Assembly (NCBI GenBank): GCA_041674225.1
Contig: JBAYWG010000003.1
Span: 2,582 to 66,581, forward strand
DNA length: 64,000 nucleotides
DNA from: Minisyncoccota bacterium
GTDB taxonomy: Bacteria; Patescibacteriota; Minisyncoccia; Phycocordibacterales; JAACPR01
Direction of reading: 5' to 3'
The notes under the pieces were generated by a model, which saw only the letters and a list, made by a program, of their open reading frames with translations, was not told the DNA's origin and did no database searches. A program made the position numbers and the translations under genes. This document shows, in pieces, positions 1-9,046 of the stretch (within the stretch, counting starts at the first letter, position 1; every line of letters starts with the position of its first letter).

Positions 1-614
1 ATTGCCACCTGTTGCCTGTGCGTTCTCTACTTCATCTTGGATGTGTTTGTCATATCTCGTACTTGCAAGACAAGTGCTAAATTTTGACTTATCTAATCCG
101 ACATATTCTGCAATCTTTGGAAGTTCAGCTAAATCCAGTCCGTTGTTTGCAGGAGTCACTTCATACAAACGGTCTGCATACTCCCAGAACTTGTCATTTC
201 CTCCTAACTCATTGGCGCACTCCATAGCAACAGCTTCTTTTCGTGCTTTTGAGTGAAGCTGGTCAATTGGAAAATGTCGATACACCCAAGCTACTTTCCC
301 TTCTTTACCATACGTATCCATTACCTCATTCATGGTTGTTTGGAATCTCTTACAGAACGGACATTCAGTATCAGAATATTCAACAACTTTCACAGGAGCA
401 TTTATGTCACCTCGGATATGGTCTTTAGATGAAACTGGCGTCATCTTTTCAAGATCACCTGTTTGCTTTTGTGCTACCTGTTGTTGTGGCTGACCAGCAG
501 TAGGTGTTTTGCCTCCACTATAGAGAACCGCACCAGCGATGAGTGCTCCAGCAATCACTACAGCAATCGGCATCGCAAGATTATTTTTTTGAGTTGTTTG
601 TGTTTTTTCTTCCA
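1..614 (-). CDS. DsbA-like thioredoxin-fold thiol:disulfide oxidoreductase; ATG at 612-614, C-terminus runs off the window edge
   Basis: Hand translation of the minus strand from the ATG at 612-614 gives MEEKTQTTQKNNLAMPIAVVIAG... with an N-terminal TM, a CPFC (CxxC) motif and DsbA-like spacing. The gene is absent from the ORF track because it runs off the window edge. The plus-strand track ORFs 2..256, 243..428, 463..678 lie antisense to it. Confidence 0.6.
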
Positions 615-620
615 TAATAT

Positions 621-992
621 TTATCTTCCGAACCATTGGTTAAGCCATCCCTTCATCGTATTTATCTCTGAAGTTTGAGCATTGATAATATCGTCTGCCA
701 TTTTCTGAAGTTCTGGACGCTTTGTGCCAGCCTTAAGCTCCTTTGCCATAGCAACCGCACCCTCATGATGTGTGATCATTCCCTCAAGAAAAGCTATCTC
801 AAGAGCTTCACCTGTTTTTCCATTAAGGCTTCCTGTCATCCCAGACATCGTGTGTTCCATTGTTGTAGGAGCTTTGGTGTCATGATAACTGCTCTTATCA
901 TGCGAGCCGTGTTTGACAGAGTTAATCATGTATCCAATACCTGTACCAAGTATCAGTGCGACGAGACCAACTATTATAATATTTTTGTTCAT
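621..992 (-). CDS. DUF305-family protein (metal/copper-associated periplasmic protein)
   Basis: N-terminal TM. MITHHEGAVAMA-type HH..A motif typical of DUF305. Sits with the DsbA-like gene and a CxxC-like membrane protein. Confidence 0.65.
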   Translation of the reverse strand: MNKNIIIVGLVALILGTGIGYMINSVKHGSHDKSSYHDTKAPTTMEHTMSGMTGSLNGKTGEALEIAFLEGMITHHEGAVAMAKELKAGTKRPELQKMADDIINAQTSEINTMKGWLNQWFGR

Positions 993-1065
993 GCGTGATG
1001 TTAAAAATTAGACTTAATAATGACAAACCAAACACGCAACAGGCGTGTTTTCAACAAAATAAAAC

Positions 1066-1482
1066 TTAAAAAAGTTTGGGATTTAGAATACCTCTTGAAA
1101 AAGCATCTTTAAGCGGGTCAAATATGCGAAAACGGTCTTTAAGTAAAAAGTAGGTGTGTGCATTTTTTATTTCAGGAAATGAGAAGGTCTTCCATGGAGT
1201 CAATTTTTGCAAAGCAACAAAAAGGAATAGTGCGAAAAGAATTGCGATGGCATCCTTTGATGGCAGCGTGGTGAACATTGCCTGCCATTCTTGAATATGC
1301 TCAGTGATATTCATATTGCAAATAGACATTGAATGACCAGAAAATGGACAGTTCACGGCTTGTCCATTTGCACCCATTCCGAACTGAGAAAATCCAAAAA
1401 GGATCACGTAAAGAGTAAACGTGATGACACTGAAAATTATTATTTTAGGAATCTTTATGGACATAAGAGGGTAGGATTTCAT
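1066..1482 (-). CDS. Hypothetical membrane protein with Cys-rich periplasmic segment (CPFSGHSMSIC)
   Basis: Track ORF of 138 aa with two predicted TM segments. No recognisable family. Confidence 0.35.
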   Translation of the reverse strand: MKSYPLMSIKIPKIIIFSVITFTLYVILFGFSQFGMGANGQAVNCPFSGHSMSICNMNITEHIQEWQAMFTTLPSKDAIAILFALFLFVALQKLTPWKTFSFPEIKNAHTYFLLKDRFRIFDPLKDAFSRGILNPKLF

Positions 1483-1647
1483 TTTAACAAAAAATCACCT
1501 CTTTGGTAAGATGATTTTTTGTTCTGGCTACTGCACTCAGCAGGTATGCAATTTTTGAATAGTATCTGTGATTTACCCAAAGTTCGAGACCATGACTGGT
1601 CTTCAAAACTTTATGACCTCGACGGCGATTTTAGCCGTCTCGGTCGG

Positions 1648-1683
1648 GCTCACATGATTGCTGCCGCAAAAGGATTCGAACCG
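1648..1683 (-). other. tRNA 3'-end fragment (~36 nt) nearly identical to the 3' end (T-arm plus acceptor) of tRNA-Gln at 3843..3913; does not fold as a complete tRNA
   Basis: ctcacatgattgctgccgcaaaaggattcgaacc (1648-1683) aligns with ctcacatgactgctgcccaacaaggactcgaacc (3832-3865). No matching 5' acceptor strand is found upstream. Confidence 0.55.
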
Positions 1684-1709
1684 TCTCGGTCGCCCTTGAC
1701 TGGTCAATT

Positions 1710-3572
1710 CTAATTATTGGCGAAAGACTGAGCTTTACTTCTAGATAATTCACCAAAAATACCTGTTCCTTTTGTCAGTCCGAGCGGAGCAAGTATGTCG
1801 ACGGAATATTCTTCTTGGAACTTAACGAGTGCGTTATATGTTCTAGTTGAAAATAATGACGTTTCACTTCCGACAGACCCGGCACCCGTCGAAGCAAGTA
1901 GGAAGCCTGCGCAATTAAGAAACTTCTGCAGAGATCGAACATCTTCTCCTTGTGAGCCAGCTCGAAGAGTCCTGTTAATAGTTCCAAGAGAACATGTACC
2001 ACCTACTAATTGAACAGCAGGCGAGATAATTACCTGATCCTGAAAAGCATTTGGATACTGATTAATCAGTTCTTGAGCACCTTTCGTATTACCCATCTCT
2101 AAGAGATTCTTTACCCGACTTGAAACGGAAGATCCGCTACGAGATCGATTCTGCGACCGTTCCTCATCTTCGACTCCTGGCTCAGGAACTGATGCTAGTG
2201 TGGTGAAACTCCATGTTGAGGAACTTGTGATTCCTGCAAAATGATTCCCCGCAATATCACTAACCGCATCATTATCAATAATTACATAATACTCTGTCTC
2301 TGATTCAAAATCTTGTGGAAACGCAATAGTGAGTACTTGTGTTCCACTTCCGCCGCCACCTGATTGTGCAAAGAAGACAGAATCATCGAGAGCTCGATAT
2401 ACCGTAACACTATCAGGTTCTGATTCCCAAACTACAGCCTCATTGAAGGTAATAGCTAGCCCACTATCTAGAGCTACGGCAGTAGCGTTATCGAGCGGTG
2501 AGAGTGTCGCTATCGTTGGATTAGCATTGGTTGTGGTAAAGGTCTTTTCAACTCCATAACTCGTACCTTCTGCATTTGTGGCATATGCCCTTACATAGTA
2601 CAAAACACCCTCATCCAGACCGGTGAGTGATCCGACAAATTCTCCCTCGCCCGTCCCATCATTCGCGCAAGTATCAGAGATGGTTGGAGCAGTTGAGGTA
2701 CTGACACATACACCTCTTTCAGTGACAGAAACTCCCTGATCATCAACCACCTCCCCACCCACTGCAGCAATAGTGCTTCCAACTCCAGCAATAGTACCTG
2801 TTACTACAACAGGAGCACCCTCCTCAACAAATGCAGCGCCTCCTTCGAGTTGAATAAGGAAGTCATCTATCTTGCCCATGCGAGAACCTGCGGCGGCAAA
2901 GAAACCATGGATAATACTTGAACCTCCGAGATCGGCGTTAACGACACCGTTCAATACTTTCTCTGTCTTCATGGTACCCAAGACGCCCGCAGCATCCGAA
3001 TTCCATATTTGGAAATTAAGGTCATAAGTATTACTGCCCTGCGCTGTAACTTTAAAAATCATTTTGTACCAATTGCCGACAACAAGGTCGGGTGGCCAAG
3101 AAACATCCGTATATGTTCTATTATTCACAAAAGATCCACCTCCACCATGAAATGACATACCGATACCCTTTAGCGGCTGCCCTGTGAAGTCCCCCGTATT
3201 AGTATCTGCATTTGAAAATCCCAATCCGCCATATCCGCCATTTGCTTGAATTTTAAAGTAAGCACTGAATGTATAGACATCTCCATCGCCAGCAACACTG
3301 TATCCTTGCTTGGTAGTCCAGTTATCTGTGGTACCCAGAGGTACATTTATCGCGCCCGTATCTCCGATACCGCCTGATGAGACATTTGTGAACTGAACTG
3401 AACCATCTGAATTAAAGTTGTCTGTTAGATCCGTAGTCGTATTGAAATCAACAAGATTGGTAACAAGGGCGTGTGCGCTTTGAACATTAAAGAAACTTAT
3501 TGCAACAAAAATTATCAGCAAACCTGACTTTAATGAAAAAATGTTTCTATTCTTAAATAAGTGTGGACTCAT
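1710..3572 (-). CDS. Large secreted/cell-surface protein with C-terminal peptidoglycan-binding (PG_binding_1-like) domain; likely start at internal Met (signal peptide MSPHLF...SAHA)
   Basis: The track ORF is 1710..3662. The signal peptide begins at aa 31. Internal repeats are Gly/Thr-rich and beta-rich. The C-terminus LQKFLNCAGF...TYNALVKFQEEY resembles a PG-binding domain. Confidence 0.5.
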   Translation of the reverse strand: MSPHLFKNRNIFSLKSGLLIIFVAISFFNVQSAHALVTNLVDFNTTTDLTDNFNSDGSVQFTNVSSGGIGDTGAINVPLGTTDNWTTKQGYSVAGDGDVYTFSAYFKIQANGGYGGLGFSNADTNTGDFTGQPLKGIGMSFHGGGGSFVNNRTYTDVSWPPDLVVGNWYKMIFKVTAQGSNTYDLNFQIWNSDAAGVLGTMKTEKVLNGVVNADLGGSSIIHGFFAAAGSRMGKIDDFLIQLEGGAAFVEEGAPVVVTGTIAGVGSTIAAVGGEVVDDQGVSVTERGVCVSTSTAPTISDTCANDGTGEGEFVGSLTGLDEGVLYYVRAYATNAEGTSYGVEKTFTTTNANPTIATLSPLDNATAVALDSGLAITFNEAVVWESEPDSVTVYRALDDSVFFAQSGGGGSGTQVLTIAFPQDFESETEYYVIIDNDAVSDIAGNHFAGITSSSTWSFTTLASVPEPGVEDEERSQNRSRSGSSVSSRVKNLLEMGNTKGAQELINQYPNAFQDQVIISPAVQLVGGTCSLGTINRTLRAGSQGEDVRSLQKFLNCAGFLLASTGAGSVGSETSLFSTRTYNALVKFQEEYSVDILAPLGLTKGTGIFGELSRSKAQSFANN

Positions 3573-3842
3573 AATAAAATTTATAATAACAATTATATCA
3601 AAAAGTAAACTTATCATAAAGCAAGTCCCACAGACACTGACTGTATCATTAGAAATTTCCAAAATACAAACAAGATTTGCAAAAAAAATCTGACGGGATC
3701 AGGACTCGAACTACAGAAACGGCTTAAAATAAGACTTCTGCAAATTCAGCGAAAATCACAAAAGTTCGAGCCCATGACTCGTTCTAAATATCCGTTGCAA
3801 AATATAGCGATTTCATGAGACACGATCTGTCTCACATGACTG

Positions 3843-3913
3843 CTGCCCAACAAGGACTCGAACCTTGATACCTGGTACCAAAAACCAGTGTCCTACCATT
3901 AGACGATCGGGCA
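3843..3913 (-). tRNA. tRNA-Gln (anticodon TTG)
   Basis: Folded by hand. Acceptor TGCCCGA/TTGGGCA. D-stem GTCT/GGAC. Anticodon stem CTGGT/ACCAG with loop TTTTGGT. T-arm CAAGG-TTCGAGT-CCTTG. Discriminator G. CCA not encoded. Confidence 0.85.
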
Positions 3914-3961
3914 AATTCGCGACAAGAGACATTTTGCACTAAAAATTTGGTTCTAGCAAGT

Positions 3962-3998
3962 ATAGAAAAAAGGCGGCACCGCAGGTGCCGCCTTTAAA
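3962..3998 (-). terminator. Rho-independent terminator downstream of 4012..4491
   Basis: GC hairpin aaaggcggcacc-gcag-gtgccgccttt. On the minus strand it is followed by TTTTTTCTATAC. Confidence 0.7.
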
Positions 3999-4011
3999 AC
4001 GCAAGTCGAAA

Positions 4012-4491
4012 TCAATCCAAAGGCTCCGAAAGAGTCCAAACCGTCTTAGGCTTTTCATCTGCTTGATCCACAAGTTTCCACACCGTCTCCGGTTTTTTGT
4101 CTTCCACTTCCCATGGCAATTTATCAACATTATGACGACCAGTCAGATCGCAGATGACGATTTTCCTTCTAGCGCCCCAAGCCTCAGCCAATTCCATAAC
4201 ATAGTCCTTGCGGACTCTTTTATTGAGAACAGAATGCACGATAAATGCATTCACACACAACAACAAGAGGCACACAGGATAAATCCAATGAAGCTCCACA
4301 AAAAAGAGACTAGCAACGGATAATGAAAAAATCCAAAGCAAGCCAACATAAAAAACTCCAAAGATTTTTTTCAACTTAAGGAGTTTATAACACTCCTCCG
4401 CATCAAGATCTGATTCGTATGAATCAACGCCACGGCTCTCAAGAAACTTTCGAGCGAAACGCTTACCCAAAATCGACATTATATATTTCAT
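4012..4491 (-). CDS. Hypothetical membrane protein
   Basis: 159 aa with two central TM helices. Ends in a TGA stop, which shows TGA is a stop in this genome. Confidence 0.4.
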   Translation of the reverse strand: MKYIMSILGKRFARKFLESRGVDSYESDLDAEECYKLLKLKKIFGVFYVGLLWIFSLSVASLFFVELHWIYPVCLLLLCVNAFIVHSVLNKRVRKDYVMELAEAWGARRKIVICDLTGRHNVDKLPWEVEDKKPETVWKLVDQADEKPKTVWTLSEPLD

Positions 4492-4542
4492 AGAACAATT
4501 TCCTTTCTTTGTTTAGGATTTGTTTAGAACAATATAACAGAT

Positions 4543-6180
4543 TTAAACCAACGGCAACTTAAACTCAAATGTAGAACCTTTATCTCGCCCAGCAGATGAT
4601 GCTTTCACGTGACCGTTGTGATCTTTAACAATTTTGTATGTAATGAAAAGACCATAACCAGTGCTGTTTACATTTCTTTTTTGAGCCTCCTCTCCTCGCC
4701 CACCTTGTTGGAACAAAACCTTTTTATCTTCATCACTCAATCCTAAACCAGTGTCAGAAACTTTAAACACAACATTTTTATCCTCCACACTCATAGAAAC
4801 ATTCACGGCTCCCGCGCCAGTATATTGAATTGCGTTCTCAATCAAATTTCTCACAGCTTGAGCTAAGTGTGTTAAGTCACCGTTCACCATCATTTCTTTT
4901 GATGAATCAATTTGAGAATTCAATGTCAGACCTTTTGCTTCAGCTGTAGGTTTTAGTTGAGAAATAATATCACTCACTAATGCACGGAAATCAAAATTCA
5001 CATGTTGATAATTTACAGTTCCGTCTTGCAAGTTGGACGCATCAAGAAGTGACTTCACCATTTGCACAGCTTGCGTGTTTGTATCAAAACCAACATTTAC
5101 CAACTTTCTCGCCTCATCTGTCAGCGCTCCATACTCATCATTTTTCAACGCATCAAAAATTAGTCGTGATCGTGTCAAAAATCCCTTCACTTGGTGGTTG
5201 ATGAACCGCATTAGTGATTGTTGTTGGTCGTTGGCTTTTTGAAGGTTTTGTCTTGCTAGAACTTCAGATTTAACACTTCTTATCAAGAAAAATCCTAAAA
5301 TAGAAGTTAGTGCCAAGTTTACAATAACAATAGTTCTTACCAAGCTTAGTGTTTGTAAAAAGAATAATGAGAATGTAAGCAACCATAGACTAAAAACCAA
5401 TATCTGAGTTGGTAATATTTTTGTATTGAACGCACCATGTTTTCCTACCAAATAAGACAAGATACCAATAAAAACAGGCATTCCAAATAGTCCATACTGA
5501 GCGACAGACCAATCTAAAGCAAAACTTCCAAAAATATTTCCAAAAGAAAACATTAATAAAAACATTAGGGCACCAAAACACATCAAAATATTTCTTGAAA
5601 TCTTTGTTTTATCTTCAATGTTTTTAATAGATTTAACACCAGCGGCAACGATTAGACCAACCATTAGTAATTCAACTAGATACGCATACAACCATAGAGG
5701 ACCTTCTATGGCTTCTCTATCGCAATTAGTAAAATCAAAACCAGTTAAATTTAAGGCTGTCGGAGCTAAAAATATTATTGGTAAAAATAAAATAAAAATA
5801 AAAACCGAATTAGATACTGGTAGTTCTTTTCTAAACAAATAATAAAACACAAATAGATAAGTAAAAATATAAATTAATACATCTAAATAGATCAAAGATG
5901 ACCAAGCAAACATAATATAATCTACCCTTTCTGTAGCCCACAACATTAAATCAACTAAAGACCACAGAACAAAAGTTATAGATAATAAAAACAAAAGTCT
6001 ATTCAAAGCACCTTTTGGATTACTCAAAAAAACAAAGAAAGCAAACAGTATAGATAAAATTGCAGGAAATAAATGCGAGTAGTAAATCAGAGGAGAGAAA
6101 ACATTGTCGGAGAAGAGAAGGAATTTCGCTGAATCCCATTCACATATTTCTAGACCAATTTTTTGAATGTTTTCTATCAT
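4543..6180 (-). CDS. Sensor histidine kinase (multi-TM N-terminus, HisKA plus HATPase_c)
   Basis: About 7 N-terminal TM segments. H-box region MRFINHQVKGFL. G-boxes DTGLGLS and GYGLFITYKIV. Confidence 0.8.
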   Translation of the reverse strand: MIENIQKIGLEICEWDSAKFLLFSDNVFSPLIYYSHLFPAILSILFAFFVFLSNPKGALNRLLFLLSITFVLWSLVDLMLWATERVDYIMFAWSSLIYLDVLIYIFTYLFVFYYLFRKELPVSNSVFIFILFLPIIFLAPTALNLTGFDFTNCDREAIEGPLWLYAYLVELLMVGLIVAAGVKSIKNIEDKTKISRNILMCFGALMFLLMFSFGNIFGSFALDWSVAQYGLFGMPVFIGILSYLVGKHGAFNTKILPTQILVFSLWLLTFSLFFLQTLSLVRTIVIVNLALTSILGFFLIRSVKSEVLARQNLQKANDQQQSLMRFINHQVKGFLTRSRLIFDALKNDEYGALTDEARKLVNVGFDTNTQAVQMVKSLLDASNLQDGTVNYQHVNFDFRALVSDIISQLKPTAEAKGLTLNSQIDSSKEMMVNGDLTHLAQAVRNLIENAIQYTGAGAVNVSMSVEDKNVVFKVSDTGLGLSDEDKKVLFQQGGRGEEAQKRNVNSTGYGLFITYKIVKDHNGHVKASSAGRDKGSTFEFKLPLV

Positions 6181-6450
6181 ATGATTTCTGAATTATTCTT
6201 CTAGGATGGGTATACCATCGTCAGAATAAAATACTTCAAAATTATCACGGAGAATATACTCTTCATAAATCCAAAAAATTGAGACGAGCATAAAAATAAC
6301 AAAGACTACTATTAGCAATTTATTATATTTATTCACTATAAACTAATATTAGATTATTAGATTTTAATTGCAAACTTTTTATAAACACTTTTATTTAAAC
6401 TGAAATAAAAAATCTCTTATTAAACTTTCGAATTATAAGAGATTGATTGG

Positions 6451-7077
6451 TTAAAGGTTTCGTAGCAATGTCACACCTTCAGAGATGTAATAAGCCACCC
6501 CTGACCAGTAAGCGATATGCCAACAAACCATTGGAAGTAGTTTGGTGACAGTTTTTTTTACTAAGTCGTTTTCATGTTCACATTTCTGCGTATACATAAA
6601 AACAGACTGGGGATCAAAGACGTGGAGTGTTCCTACCGAATAAAGCAGCCACTTATTGTGCAGTAGCCAAGATTGAGTTTTTGTCTGAATCTTGGCGTAC
6701 ATTCTTTTAATAATGTGTCCTGTAATACGGTATTGATTTTGCATCAAAGAAATTAAAAGAAATTTCATCTGGTGCAACGGGTACAAAATGATGTTTTTGC
6801 CAAACTTTGGTGACCGAGTGCTTTCCGCAATCTCTTGCATGGCATGCATACCAAAAAGATCTACGCCGCGCTCATACATTGCACGATAGTGAATCGTCAC
6901 AATAATAATTGAGAAAAGGAAATAACAAGGTACAGTTACAATAAAGCAAATAAACCATCCGTACTTGAACGCAAGCCAGAGAAGCATTGGGTAAAAAATC
7001 AAACGATCCAAATACCCAAAAAACTGATCCCATGCAAGCGCTTTAAACGTTGTAAGCACAATCTGTTTCGTACTCAT
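6451..7077 (-). CDS. Hypothetical integral membrane protein
   Basis: 208 aa with several TM segments. No family recognised. Confidence 0.35.
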   Translation of the reverse strand: MSTKQIVLTTFKALAWDQFFGYLDRLIFYPMLLWLAFKYGWFICFIVTVPCYFLFSIIIVTIHYRAMYERGVDLFGMHAMQEIAESTRSPKFGKNIILYPLHQMKFLLISLMQNQYRITGHIIKRMYAKIQTKTQSWLLHNKWLLYSVGTLHVFDPQSVFMYTQKCEHENDLVKKTVTKLLPMVCWHIAYWSGVAYYISEGVTLLRNL

Positions 7078-7227
7078 TTCAATAGAACATGTTTTCGGAT
7101 ACTAATTCTTACACAAAAAATAGAAAAAGTCAACTACTTCTTAGGTTGCTTTTTTTATTATTATGTTTACAATAAGAACATAGATTTATGTAATGTCAAA
7201 AGTTTTTATTTAGATTCAAAAATTAAT

Positions 7228-7665
7228 ATGTTAATGGTCAAAACGAAAGTTAAAAAAAGTACCATTCCAGATGCAGGTCTAGGGTTATTCGCTGACGAAT
7301 TTATTAAAAAAGGCACAATGACCTGGAGATTCTGTCCGGGCTTTGATCAAATACTTTATGAAGACGACATGTTGAGATTGTCAGAACCTGCTAGAAAAGA
7401 ATTCCTGAAACACAACTACAAAAGCCTGGAGGGCGATTATTATGTATCTTGTGGAGACGATGAGAGATTTATCAATCATTCAGAAAATCCTAATATAGTA
7501 GAAGATGACTCAACCAACAGTTCAGAACCATTTTCAATTGCATCTAGAGATATTAACCCTGGCGAAGAGTTGTTTTGCAATTACTACGACTTCGATGCTA
7601 ATGCAGATATGAAATTAAATAATGATTTTGATTATAAGCCAAATAAATTAATTAGATCTCGCTAA
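7228..7665 (+). CDS. SET-domain protein (putative protein-lysine N-methyltransferase)
   Basis: SET hallmarks are present: PDAGLGLFA (GxG), RFINHSENPN (the NHS.NPN pseudoknot motif) and GEELFCNYY (ELxxxY). Confidence 0.75.
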   Translation: MLMVKTKVKKSTIPDAGLGLFADEFIKKGTMTWRFCPGFDQILYEDDMLRLSEPARKEFLKHNYKSLEGDYYVSCGDDERFINHSENPNIVEDDSTNSSEPFSIASRDINPGEELFCNYYDFDANADMKLNNDFDYKPNKLIRSR

Positions 7666-7717
7666 AAATTCACTAATTTATTGAAATTTAATAAAACCTT
7701 TTTATTTAAACCCTGGA

Positions 7718-9046
7718 CTACTGAGACAACAAATTATCTATCCGATTAATATCTCGCGGGAACAAAGTAGCCTCCTTCACATTCTCTAGGCCAAGTAGTT
7801 TTGCAGTCAGACGTTCTAATCCTAAACCTAAACCTCCATGTGGTGGCATTCCTGATTTGAAAGACTGAAGATAAAATCTAAACTTTTCTGGATTAAGACC
7901 TTTCTTTTTCATAGACTCGATCAACATATCGTAATCATGAATTCGTTGAGCAAGAGTTGTGATCTCCACACCCCTAAACAACAAGTCTCCTCCTTTTGCA
8001 TATCCTAAATCATTTTCATCTTCGTATGTATAAAAAGGTCTTTTCTCAATTGGAAAATGTGTAACAAATATAAAATCTGAATTAAATTTTTTCTTAGAAT
8101 ATTCACAAAGCCATCTTTCGTGTTGAGGTTCCAAATCTAATTCACTTGAACAGTCTTCTCCAAACTCATCCTTGATTACATTTTGTGATTCTCTAAATTT
8201 AAGTGAAGGAATTGTTTCAGGAACTTCTGGAATTTCTGCATTAAATAATTTAAATTCATCTACACAATTTTCTTTCAAGCTTTTCATAACGTAACTCAAA
8301 AGCTGTGTTTCCATTTTCATAACATCAGTATGATCATCGATGAATCCCATTTCTAAATCACAACTCGTGTATTCATTAATGTGTCGGCTAGTGCTGTGCT
8401 TTTCTGCACGGTAAACGTTTCCGATTGCAAAAACTCTTTCGAAAATTCCAACCATGATTTGTTTATACAATTGAGGACTTTGTGCCAAGTGAGCTGTGTG
8501 TCCAAAATATTCTAGACTAAATGAGTTGGCTCCACCTTCAGCATCTTCACCAATTAATTTTGGCGCTTGAAATTCTGTGAATCCTTCTGAGTTCAAAAAC
8601 TCTCGCATCGCTTTCAAAATATTCGCTTGAACTTTAAAAACCGCAGTTGCTTTTTCACTTCGCAAAGTTAACGGCAAGTGATCAAGATAAGTATCAATAT
8701 TTACATCAGCGTCTTTTTCAAAAGGTAATTCTTTAGCTTTTCCTAAAATCTCAATTTCCAAAATTTCAAGCTCAATGTCTCCGTTCATTTTACCCTCAAC
8801 TTTATTTCTTTCTGGTCGTTCATTAACCTTTCCTGTTATTTTAAGAACCCACTCAGAGCGAATTTGATCAATCAATTCTTTATCAATCACGCCAGGAAGA
8901 ACAACACCCTGAACCTTTCCAGTCATATCTCTCAAGTCCATAAAAGCCATCTTTCCTTGATGTCGAATCACATCAACAAAACCGCCGATTACAACCTCGT
9001 CTCCTTTTTTTAAACTTAAATCTTTTATATAAATTCTTTTATTCAT
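7718..9046 (-). CDS. Class IIb aminoacyl-tRNA synthetase, aspartyl-/asparaginyl-tRNA synthetase (archaeal/eukaryotic-type, ~440 aa)
   Basis: N-terminal OB fold. Class II motif 2 region. Motif 3 GMPPHGGLGLGLERL. QSPQLYKQ motif. Asp versus Asn specificity cannot be settled from the sequence alone. Confidence 0.75.
   Translation of the reverse strand: MNKRIYIKDLSLKKGDEVVIGGFVDVIRHQGKMAFMDLRDMTGKVQGVVLPGVIDKELIDQIRSEWVLKITGKVNERPERNKVEGKMNGDIELEILEIEILGKAKELPFEKDADVNIDTYLDHLPLTLRSEKATAVFKVQANILKAMREFLNSEGFTEFQAPKLIGEDAEGGANSFSLEYFGHTAHLAQSPQLYKQIMVGIFERVFAIGNVYRAEKHSTSRHINEYTSCDLEMGFIDDHTDVMKMETQLLSYVMKSLKENCVDEFKLFNAEIPEVPETIPSLKFRESQNVIKDEFGEDCSSELDLEPQHERWLCEYSKKKFNSDFIFVTHFPIEKRPFYTYEDENDLGYAKGGDLLFRGVEITTLAQRIHDYDMLIESMKKKGLNPEKFRFYLQSFKSGMPPHGGLGLGLERLTAKLLGLENVKEATLFPRDINRIDNLLSQ

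Noticed and set aside
2-998. Plus-strand track ORFs 2..256, 243..428, 463..678, 675..998
   Set aside because: They lie antisense to the well-supported minus-strand DsbA-like and DUF305 genes. Their composition is low-complexity and no motifs are present. Judged spurious.
1483-1709. Possible second complete tRNA (T-loop-like GGATTCGAACC / AGTTCGAGACC motifs)
   Set aside because: No 5' acceptor strand, D-arm or anticodon arm could be paired on either strand. Only the 3' ~36 nt matches tRNA-Gln. Treated as a fragment, pending tRNAscan-SE.
3663-3842. tRNA-like motifs (ggactcgaac at 3703; agttcgagccc at 3771) upstream of tRNA-Gln
   Set aside because: They cannot be folded into a cloverleaf by hand. 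Recorded as repeats or remnants. The hairpin at 3813-3840 is more likely the tRNA-Gln terminator.
6193-6338. Small TM-peptide ORF (32-48 aa) immediately upstream of the histidine-kinase gene on the minus strand
   Set aside because: The start codon is ambiguous (GTG or ATG), there is no SD, and the region is AT-rich where random ORFs are common. Not supported.
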